Assembly: GCA_002633005.1 (NCBI GenBank)
Contig: NMRA01000121.1
Coordinates: 261,000 to 324,999, forward strand
Origin: Phoronis australis
Lineage: Eukaryota > Animalia > Phoronida
DNA length: 64,000 bases
Direction of reading: 5' to 3'
The notes under the pieces are model-generated. The model saw only the letters and a program-made list of their open reading frames with translations. It was not told where the DNA came from and made no database searches. Below are positions 13,301-25,300 of the stretch, in pieces. How positions within the stretch are numbered: position 1 is the stretch's first letter; each line of letters opens with the position of its first letter. The translations under genes were made by a program, and so were the position numbers.

Positions 13301-16300
13301 ATAATAAATGTGGTCAGGACTGACACGCAAAAAATTGATAATGAACAGAGCTTTAAACTTGTACTTAATTAATAAATGATATCAGATGTCTGCTCCTAAA
13401 ACATCATAAACAAACCATAGGGCTCGCACAGATTTCAGAGAGATCTGCATTAAAGCCCCATTGATTTTTTTCAAACTTGAAATCATTCGGTAACAGAATT
13501 CGCAAACCTTTTTAAGTCAGGTCTGCACGCCACCTGTTGGCCACATCATATGACCCAATGAATGTAATATAATGTGACCGACATATGGTTTGGAAAATTC
13601 AAATATTTTGTCGAATGGGGGATTGGCTGGACATATGGAAGATGACAAGTGACTGAATTGGACCATACACTCGTCTTTCTTCAAGTATCCTCTGGAAGCC
13701 AGGGCACTGTTTCTTTCATGAAATGTTTGTTAACTGTACAATCTGTTCTCTCAACAATTGGACAGCTTTAGTGAAATTACAAAACTGTACGGTAATGGTT
13801 TTGTGTCTTTTCTTTTGAAATTTTGTTGTATGTTCTAGGGGAATAGACTGATTAGAAACCAGCAGTTTGAAGACAGTGTGCATCTATGACATACACGAAA
13901 GTGTTTCAGGAGCAGCTGTAGAAGACCTGGGCTTGACTGCTGGCTTGGGTTTAGTTGGAGGAGCAGGTTTTGGTCTCAGCGGTGGGGGCGCCTTCTTGGT
14001 TTCACCTACAACAAAGATGTGTAACAAAATTTTTGAATGAACAAAAAAAGCAATCTTCAACACTGCAGTTGTCAAAAACACTGTGACAATAAATAAAAGG
14101 CAAACATTTTATCTTTAACATTAACTGTAACTGTTGCTAACAGAAAAAAAAAGAAAATTCGAAATCCATTAACTGCAAGTAACCAATCATTAGCTTGCAA
14201 GCAGTCTCGAATCCAGAAACTATAAGCATTTAAAGTCTGTTTTCATCTTTAAAGGAGGATATTTGGTCATATTTTATACACACTAAAGCTACGATCTGAA
14301 TTCACGAATCTCAACATTTCTCTCATTTTCTTTGATTTTCATGAGACAAATATTTATCAATAAACTGATGCTCAATGATTTCAATTGCCCAGTCTTCCTT
14401 TCTGAACAATCTTCATGAGATATGAAAATAGCACTTGAATGTACTGCAAACCAAAACAAAGTCTTCTGCTCAAGTGACATTGTGATCAACCCAAAGTTAT
14501 ATAAATTGAAAGTCAAGTTATGACAGTTAAGGTTGTGAAAATATGCTTTTTATGAACAGCTGATTAAATGTACCAGTTGATCCCATACTTGGCTAACAAG
14601 TGAAGAACCAGATGTCAAGATGTACATCAGACACTAAATAAATGATAACAGAGTCTGCACTTGAGACTACCTGCAGGCCAAGAGGCAACACCAAGTCAGC
14701 AACCTTCATTGTATCATTTTGGCCAGTTTCTACATAATAGTGTATGTCAAAAGAAATCAAACTAAACGACTTTGTATGGGCCATCAAGACCACAAATGAC
14801 AAGCAGACTTCACCACCACTGTAACTGTCAATCATGACTAGATATAACAGCAAAGTTTTAAAACGCTGTTATGTTGTTAAGAGATTGCAGTCATGACTGT
14901 TCACAACTCATTGTTTTCGCTATACAATAATTAATATGATTTATTCATTTGTATAAAGCGAGACCTCAGAGATCTGAAATCAATTTCAATTATTCCAAAA
15001 TGCTGAATCTACTACATTTAAGACGCATGCTGACAACTCACCATTTGGTTGAACAGTGGCGTCCAGAGCAGCAGACGACCTGGGCTTGGCAGACGGTTTT
15101 GGTGGCGTGAGTGAGTCAGCAGTTTTGAATAGTTCAGCAGGCGACGGCAGCTTGAACTGGCCTTTTACCGAACCACTAGATGGTTTGACAGGTGGCGTCT
15201 CATCAACTGTACCTTTCTCTGGTTTCTCCACGGCGTCAGCACTGGTATCGCTAGTGGGACCTTTTGAGGTACGATCGCTTTTTCTTTTCTCTAATGGAGA
15301 TGACGTAGGTGTTGGTAGCTTGAACTGGCCTTTTATCGAACCACTGGATGATTTGGCAGGAGGCGTTACATCAACGGAACCATTCTCTGGCTTCTCCACA
15401 GCATCAATCTGTTTCGAATCACCACTTGTATCGCCAGTGGAGCCTTTGGAGGCACGATCACTTTTTCTTTTCTCCAATGGGGAAGACGAGGGTGTTGGCA
15501 ATTTTCCAGCAGGAGGTTCAATCTCCTTTTCAGCAGGCAACGTTGTCTGTGATGCAGATGGAAGATGAGATCCTGAAACTCTTGGCTTCAGTTTGGTTGG
15601 CGGAATCATTGCTTTCTTATCACTTTTAGCGGCTTCATTATTCTACAGTTAAAAGGAGGCACTTTATTTGCATAGATCAAACAGAAAAGTGAGAACAAAG
15701 GGAATAAATAATCTTCAAAACGTCGGCTGATCATTTCATTAAAGCAAATAGTACCAAAATGTCCGCTTTCCCTCTCATTTCTTATGTGCATAAAAAATAC
15801 TGCACCATACAATTACAACCAGAGTGGTCCAGAGGGAAGTATATATGGTCAAGTTTAATCAGTTTCTAACATCTGACAAATGCTCACTACCAATTCGTTT
15901 GTTATTAAATTTTCTTATTTGACACCTTTAAAATTATACAAAGTCTTCACTTTAGTTTTACTGTACAGAGCTCATTCCACATCAGACTCATTCTCGTATT
16001 AACTAACCCGAGCTAGCCCACTTGACTTCATCGTCTCTCGCTTCGCTTTCAACACGTCCATACTAAGACCAGGCACCATCCCAGGCATGCCAATGCCAAA
16101 TGGTTTCCGTGGTGACACTTCCTTAACTTCTTCTTTCTTTTCTTCTTCCTTGGCTACAAGGAATTAAGTTAAACAAAACCATTCCTTGACTACACTGAAT
16201 GAGAACACGAGCAACACAGAGCGTTGAAATGTGCCAACGACTGCACTACAAACGAGGTGCTTATAGGAGTGTATCATAAAAATGGCCATGATATGGCACA

Positions 16301-19300
16301 GAATACATTGAACCCATCCAAAAAAGTGTAGTCATCTCTCAAAACTATACATCAATTTTCATGAAAACCTGTCAAAGAACCCTAAAAATACAAAGTTTAA
16401 TGAAAAAAAAACTGCCATTAGGAACCGTAGCCACTGTAGTAGTTGAATACATCCATCTGCTGTTAAGTTAATAGGAATACAATAATTAATTGCAAAATTT
16501 CAAAAACATTTTGCAAGGGGTTTAGGAGATAAAAGCATAGATGTGAAAAAAATGTCACTAGGGGGCACTACAGTAGTTGGAAGCGTTTGAAAATCCACGT
16601 CATTTATACACTTGTCAGTAGGAACATGTCTGCTAATTTTCATAATGATCCTCTGTGTAGTTTGGCAGATACAGAAGCAGATGACAAAAAACAGACTAAA
16701 ATTAAAATTAATTAAAATGGCCACTAGTTGGTGTAAAATACGTCAAATCCATCACAAAAAGGAAAGGTGCTCTCGTCTTCATATAAGAAACTTGTTTGCC
16801 AAATGTCATGAAAAAGCATTAAAAGGAACTTTGAAGTTACAGAATGAGGCAAACGTAAGAAATAAAATTGCCACTAGGGAGCATATCTCCATGGGAACAC
16901 ATCTGCTATATTTCAGAAAGTTCTTGCTAAGGGTAAATGAGATACAGCCGTGGACACAAAAAATGCAACTAGGGGCGCCAGAGTAGTAATAATGTTCCTT
17001 CAAGAGGTTTGGTGGCTGGAGAGGGTATTTAAATTTTTTAAGATGGCCACCGGGTGGCGCAAAATACGTCAAATCCGCCCGAAAATGAGAAGGCATCATC
17101 GTCTCCTTTAGAACCTTATGAAAACAGCCACTATACGTCAAATCTATCTGAAACCAAGAACCTGTTGACTTGTTAATAAAAACCTGTTCATAGAACTTTA
17201 TAAAACATGCCAAGAAGTTTCAAAGATACAGAGGACAGTGAAAAAAATTGCCACTAGGGGGCACAGCAGAAGTTGGATCCATTCAACTGTCATCCTTGAC
17301 CATTGTCAACTGCATATACATACACTTGCTAAATTTAATAAAAATCCTGCAGAGGGTTTAAGAGATACAGCCATGGGCACAAAAAAATGAAATCTGCCAC
17401 TAGGAGGTGCCACAGAAGTTGAAGTCGTCGCAAAATCATTATCACTCATCCTTATGAGCAATATACTTGAGTGCACTACAGTAAGAACAAGCTGTTACTT
17501 TGCAAGAAATGTTAAGCAACCTTGAATAAGGTAGGCCCCAAAACCCCCCTAACTGGTTAGCAAAAGTTTGGGGCTTGTTTCCCGAGAATAAAAAACGCAT
17601 TTAATGATTGACCTAGTTTTTGAAACATTACACCGCTAAATGTTTCTGCACTGAGTGCGTCTAGTAATTTAAGAGTACAGTATATAGTGCCCCACACAGC
17701 GTTATGGACAAATCATAGACAGAGCTGGTATATTTCTACAGTGCAAATGGATACCTGCTTGTGGTTCGTGCTCTGCGACAGGTGGTGCCTTTGTCTCAAC
17801 ACCATCAACCTCATCTGTTTTCTTCTCAGCCACAGGTGGAGCCACTTTTCTGGCAGTCTCAGGAGTTTTCTTAGCTGCATCAGTCGATTTCTTCTTGGGG
17901 AGTTCTGGAGTTTTGTTGCTGGATTTGGCTTCCTGGTTTGATGACTTTGGAGGTGACTGTGTCTTGACAGATTCCTTCTTCTTGTCTTTTTTGTGAAAAA
18001 GGCCGCTGAAGTTTTAGAAAAATTATCACAAAATAGAAAAAACGAGCACAACTGCAGAATGCAGATATTAGAATTCTGCTGAGATAAAGAGAGTGTAGTG
18101 AAATAAAACTCATCAACTGTCTATCATGCCCTGTGTACACTGTCCAACAGCCATTTTAAAGTGTAGCGCCGACATAAGTACACAATAAATAGATGGACAG
18201 CGTTTCAGAATTCATGAATGGGGATTTAACGCCATAGAACAGTACAAGTCACATGAAAATTAACAAAATGACCTGCTAGTCTGCTTCATGATGGATGAGA
18301 GCAAATACAATTTGACTCTCTGACGGTTTTGTAAGGGGAATTGACCGTCACAGTAGCCCTGCGTACAGCGCATTTAGGCAGCATGGATTAATTGTTAAGG
18401 ATGGTTGTTCTTGCTAGATGCATGACTGCGTTGAAATGTTCACAAGGAAAATCTCCTTCTCTTCAAACAAGCAGTCGATTCTGGTGGCTATTTTTTCGTA
18501 ATTTTGTGACAACCGATTGAGTCGGTGTTAAATCGAGGTTAATAAAGTCAGCTAAGAGTTTACGAAAACAACTGATGAAACTCTGAGAGATTGAAAGGAA
18601 TTAATGACACATTCACGGCTGTCACCGTAGCATCAAAAATGTAATTAGTTGGGCAATACATCTTTATGAACTATGGTGTTATTGATCAAATGCTGGACAT
18701 CGTGCCTTGTAGTGCGCAGTACTGAATGTTGAAAATTACGTCAACAGACTCAGTTACCATTACACAATGAATCATTGTGGAAGTATCTAAGATTGTGATG
18801 ACGGATTACAGCTGTTACGACGCCTCACTTTCAGCAGGAATTAGGAGAAAAGAAATCTGGTGGCAGAATTGATAGTCGTGGCGTGGAAACACTATTATGT
18901 CTCATTTCTTTTGGACTGTACTTCATTTTCCAGTGTAATTCTATAACTCTTAGCAACCATCATGCTGTCAAATTACAGCTGTTGTATGAGGGGGGAGGTT
19001 GTTGTACACCAGAATTTGCAACAGTCATTTTGTTGCTCTCACATTACTTAAGAATAACATGACTTGTCAAACGTTTGGAATGATTGTTGAATACAATTAT
19101 TGTATACAAATGATATTTACAATAGCCTTATGAGCTACAAGCGATCACTGCCAAACACCAGGTTGCTGTCTACCACAAAATGCTTTCATGGTCCGATCAT
19201 ATACTTAATTGTATGTAATTTTATACCAAAAAGTTTTGACTCAGTACTAGCTGTAACTGACAACCGTGAGTTTAAAATTACCAGGCAGTACCAACCTTAT

Positions 19301-22300
19301 ACTAAAGCCACTCTTTGGCTTTGGTTTGGTGTCTGGTGCTTGGCTACTACAACAAGCAAAAACAGTTTACTTCAACACAGAGGATGCATACAGTAGATGA
19401 TGACACATGATTGAGACACTGTATACATCTCAAATTATCATGATTCATGATCAACCAGAACAAACTTAAATCTGTCTTAAATACCACAGTCTTCGCTTTG
19501 CCATGGGCGACAAGCAGCAGACAGACCACCGTGAACCGAGACCAACATCTACAGCCCTCGTCCCGGGTGTATGGCCACATTCTAGAACTGGGTCAATAAA
19601 GCACGCCTAATCCACTTGTTGAAAAGGACCCTTAGATGAGGGTGGAAACCTTCGAGTGATCATCAGCAACAAACAAGTTTGTAGTAAGTGAATATATTAT
19701 TTACTCGCTCAACATCGTCATAAACTATGAAAAACCTATTTTATCCTGTCTGGTAGATAACTGGTCAATAATGAACAATCTGACCACACTAGACAAAAAG
19801 TGTTTTCAATTTCCAAATTAACTCCTGTCACTACTGCTTCCATACTTCAATGCTTTAATGTTATATAATTGAAAATTTTCATCTTAAGTTCAGTGTGAAC
19901 TGTAACGTTCTCTGCACATCCTAGTAAAGTAACTCGCTATTACACTTAGTCTAGTATCAAAAATGGTTTACTACATTCAACCAAATTAACCATTTGTCAA
20001 AAAGACACAAAGTTTCCAAACCTATGACCCTCCTTATTGCCAGCTGGGAGAGACTGCTTTTTGTCCGAATCCACTTTCACCTCTTTGGGTGCAGGCACTA
20101 CTTCAGGTTCAACAGGTCCATCCATCTTGGTGTAAAATGAATCCACATCTTGAGCAATAGAGGGCACAGCATCCGGTCTTCGCGTCGGACGCGTTCTTTT
20201 TTGCATCCTTGGTCGATCCTTGGTTACGCTGTGCAGTGTTTGGCTCGGTGCAATGGCTTCAAATTCAAGACTGGCTGAGCCTGAAACAAAATACAGGTAA
20301 AGACTAAAGAATTTCCAACTATGTGCGAAATACATTTAGGAGCACAATGATGGATGTCTCACACAATGACTTACTAAGAATAATGATATTGAGCCAGGCT
20401 AATCCCAGGTTCTAGCAACTGACAGAAGGTGTATTTCACTCTATTTAGCTGGCTAAGAAATCAAATTTGATTTAACTTTCACTCTACTAATAAAATTGGT
20501 CTCATAATATTCCTTGTCGTGATAAGATTCTATTTCCAATACCAACAAGAACATCAAAACGATTAATGACCAACCTTAAAATTGCAAACTAAAAAACGGC
20601 ACAAGTACGTACGACAAAAATGAAAAACTATCGCGGTAAGGAATTGAACAAGACAGATTTTATGAGCGTAAAAGGCTTAATTCGATTTTTACTTTAAAAC
20701 CAGCTAAACAGGGAGAAATGCAGCGCTAAACAACTCAACATTTACAAGCCAGTGAGGGCAGTTTTCAATTGGAAAAATAATGCGGAGTTTAATTTAGTTG
20801 ACTGAGCAATCAAGAGCTAGATAATTGAAAAAAGATTTTTCATAGTCTCGCTGAAGGTATGAAGTAAGTAAAAATCAACTTACTCAGAGACTGAAGATTT
20901 AAGAATTCGAACGTTTCGGGACATCCCTTCACCATTCGTTGATAAAGGACTGTAGACTACAGTCCGAAACGTTCGAACTCTTAAATCTTCAGTCTCTGAG
21001 TAAGTTGACTTTACTTATTCCAAGAGCTAGACAGTTTTGACACCTTGTAAGACATACTAACATAAAGACTGTCAAAGACTATCATACCAACAATTTTCTT
21101 ATTGTCCTTTTTCTCAGGCTTTGGTTGAGTCTTTGCTGGGGACACTACTTTAACACTAGGTGGCGTCATTTCATTCATCACCTTTTCACCATCAGCATCT
21201 TTGTCCTCACCAACACTTGGTGACTTTGGTAATGACTCTAAAATAGGATTAGCAATTACGATTTTTAAGTGCAACTTTTGTTCCAATTCCTCATTTTGAA
21301 ATGTTCTATGGGACTTTTATAGCACTAACATTCAAAAATCAAGTTTTCATTCCTCAAATGATGACAAAATCCTACCACGGACGTCAATTTTCATAAATAC
21401 TACATCACAAATAGTAAACAAACCCTGAAACAATGGTATGTAGTTTTGAATAACGATTCAATGAATAACAGGGTAAATTCCTAGACTTTGCAACATTTAG
21501 TATTAAGTTTTCTTCTAGACCCATGGTAAGAACTTTTAATGAAAACTGGAATGCAAAATCCAACGTACCCGAGATGAGCAAAAATGAAGCAGGATTCTTT
21601 TCCACTCAGTGTTTGGCAAATCAATAACATTTCACAATTTTGCTTAGTTGCTTCGGGCAAATTTTCAAAAAACAGGATACCTGGGGCCATTTTAATATGG
21701 GTGGGCTCGTTTATTTGTCAGTGAAGGTCTCGAAATGAGGTTGGTACAGAACAGAACAAACTATGATTTTTTATCCTAAATGTCTTATTCTTTGCTCAAG
21801 TACATTATGATTAATGTGGACAAAATAAACTCCCCGAATACTGGTTTCCATTTTCAGGTAATTTTAGTTTACTCCCTTGGCACTAAGCAATGAGAAACAA
21901 AGAGTTCTTTTGAGAAATCAATTTTTATAGTGAACGAGTCTGAGGGTGACTTTCATTAGTAAGTGCCCATTTTAACAATGTGTGCACTTTTAAAGCACTG
22001 CAGAATTCGCTAACAGATTCAGAATATGTTATCCTTGGTGACAACCAAAACCACACGGACTCGAAACTGATCCAGTTTACACAATTGAAAGCACTCAACA
22101 AATATTTGGAGGAATAAGTTATGAGTGGGCACTTAATCTGAAAATTTTCAAAGTTAACCTGAATGTTTACGATACATCAAATTCCACTTTACAGAGTGAA
22201 TGAACCATAATTTTGTGAGAGAACGTCTGTAAGAATTTGGCTTCTTAAAAACAAGAAAATAAATAAATTACATGGCTCTTTTTAGAATTAATGAGCAATA

Positions 22301-25300
22301 TCTGGTTATCACATTCTAATTTTAATTTTGGGGAAGTTTCGTATCGACAGACAAAGTTAAAATGGAGTTGTATCATCAATAATTAATGTAACGAGTTTCA
22401 ACAATTATTATCAAAAGGAAAGTAAAATTATATTAAAAATGGACAGATTTCTAAGTTTCCGAAGAGATGGCCAACAAATGACATAAAATGTACCCCATCA
22501 TCCCTTACCATTGAATGTGTTAAGAGTAAAACTCTTTATTATTTAATGGCCTTTCATGAGTGAATGAAACTTTATTGTAAAGAATTAATACTATAGGCCA
22601 TGAGTTAAGTGTATAGTCATTGTTCAATATATGAAAAACAAAAAAAAAACAAAAATCAGCCAATAATTGACAAGTTGGAAATTAAACTAGAGAAAGTGCA
22701 AGGTGAATGCGTAAGAACCTACTAAAAATAAAATTAATAAAAAAACAGCTGACCTAGGATTTACAACTGAAATGTCAAAACCAAAGGTCACACGTACAAG
22801 AAAGGAAAAATATAAGACACTCGTACAAGTCTGAAAGCTGTTATTTACCCACTCACCAGGTGTCTCTGAAGTGCCCTCATCAACCTCATCAACAGCTGGC
22901 CCAACGGGTTTCGATTCATTAATATCTATGTCAACAACTACACGACCAGCGTCTAGAAGGGTTGACAGAAGCGTACAATAACAAAATTTTCTAGTAAAAA
23001 TGAAAAACACTACAAAGCGAAACAACAGAAATCAAATAAAATATGAGGGACAGATTTCACAAGTAGGTGATGAAATTTGAATATTCAGAATATATGAAAC
23101 TTTGAGTTCTAAGACAATTAATCATACCACAGAAAGACGCCCGTTGCTAAGGAAACTTTCTTTACGAAGATTTTGATTACGCTGAATGTGAAACGAGTCC
23201 CATCATACATTTGAGTTATATACATTAAGACAAGATTGACTTTAAAATTACATACACAATTAGTTTGAAGCAAGAGAAGCGCAAATCTTTGGATTAATTA
23301 TGCACGTACAATAAAATTAATGAGCATTAAAAACGATCTGGTAAAATGTTTGCAGAAAGAGTAGTTCTGCAAAAATGGAATTCTTATGCAAACACATTTA
23401 AAGCACAAAATAAGCAACAACAATTAACACCTAATTTTTAAAAGAAAGGATTTTTGTGAAGTTTTACCTCTAATACACGATTTTGGTCGCGTTCTACGAT
23501 CCATCACACTGATTCTCTTGTTCTGTCGAGGGGTAACCTGAGAACACAAAGAAGGTTAACAAATTTTGTCAGTACCAATGTACACAAAATTTGTCACAAA
23601 ATTTCAAGAAATGAAATAAAATTCTTACTAATGCCTTTTGCAAAAACAAATTATTGCATACTCTCCAAGGTACAGAAGTGAATAATTCTTATTATGCGGA
23701 AATGAGTTATTCACGAATTAGTTTTTCAAGGGAAAACCAGTTGTTTCTTTCTCAAAAGATTTCGTGCGTTTCTACGAGTCCCTCACCTAAAGCATAATTA
23801 TTTGCTTTTGAATACCATTTTCTACATTGCAAGTTGTATATTTTCTGAAAACAGAGAATAGTAGAAACTATTTGGCTAACGTATACACTTAGTAAAAGAT
23901 TTCACCGGCTCAGAGCGATCATCATCAGGAGTTTTCAACACAAATTCTTCTGGCCCCTGGGAGTCCATGGAGTCCACAGACTGTCTCTGAGGCTTTTCTT
24001 GGTTGGCCTCTGTCCGCTTCCTTAGCTCGTTCAGGTGATTGGTCTATAAGCAAAGAGAAGAAGTTAAGATAATATCCTGTATCTTCTAAGGATCAAATTT
24101 CTTACAGGAAAATACTTTTTAAGCATTAATAGTAAACGTCTAATAAAACTACATATTTTTAAAGTTGTTCGTGATCACCAAATATAAACATATACACAAA
24201 TAAATTAATGTCCAGGTGTTTGCAATCAAGTGATAGCATTTTTTCTGAAAAACGATTTTTCAAAAAGATCACTTGTATGGAACATGTAACTGTTAGGTAC
24301 ATGACCGTGTCCGGGGTTTTCTTATGAGGCCTTTTATACCCAAGAACTCGGCGTTTAAAATGAAGAATGAAGTCAACATTTCCTGAAAAATAACGACTTA
24401 GTAAGTTGCACACGTCTGGTACAACATGTAACAGATCGCCTGCATTATTTTATATTTATTATAAATTTGACCCGGGGTAACGAAGGCAGTCTATTACCTT
24501 AAGCTATCTGGCAACCTCCACTACTACAAATCAAATTTCTATCCATGACTATTTACCCGATAAGTAATTAAAAAAGGGAAACCCATGAAAACAATGAATC
24601 ACATCATAATGTAACTGAAAATTATGCACAGAATCATCACGCAACTGCAAACCTTTTAAAAAATTGTCAATTTTCACCTGACCTAACTTACACAAGCAAG
24701 AATTTTTTTGCATAGAACTTGCAATTTAGTGTTTTTATTCCCACTATTGATTACATAAGACCTTTAGCCCATTGGCAAGAAGTCTGGTGTTAAAAATGAA
24801 GATATTATAACACACTGAAAAAACAACCTGTTATTTTTGTGCACTTAATACAGTTACTTGCAACAAATATGACAAGACACTATTTATCAAAATCTGAAAT
24901 ACGACACACTGGATGTTTAGCCTGACCACATGTAGACTGTTCACTGAACACTTAGTAAAACAAGAGAGAGTAGTCACATACCAAAATCTTGTGGCTGTTA
25001 GTCAGCGAGTCCAAAACACCATCGTTAACCTCATCTGATACGTAGCTGGCCACAGCCAAGTTCACCTCACTAAAAGAAAGAAGTACAGAGTGTCTCAATA
25101 TTGACAACGGTCACAAATCACAGATCCGGGTTGATTTTCCAGGCAAATTAATAATTATGCAAAAACTTGGACAACACAAACCATCCAACTAAGAGGGAGA
25201 ACAAGCTCACTTGACCACAAAATCCAAACTACAGCATTATCTAGCAAGATATTTTCAGAAATTTACAAATGACTAGCTGTCATCACAGTGATCTCAAAGC

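Noticed and set aside
15056-15568. 170-aa + strand ORF (and 10021-10254 +)
   Set aside because: Antisense shadows of CARMIL coding exons.
17713-18051. 112-aa minus-strand ORF from the track
   Set aside because: Wrong frame; splice phase requires the [10 protein letters not shown] frame for exon 17755-18005.
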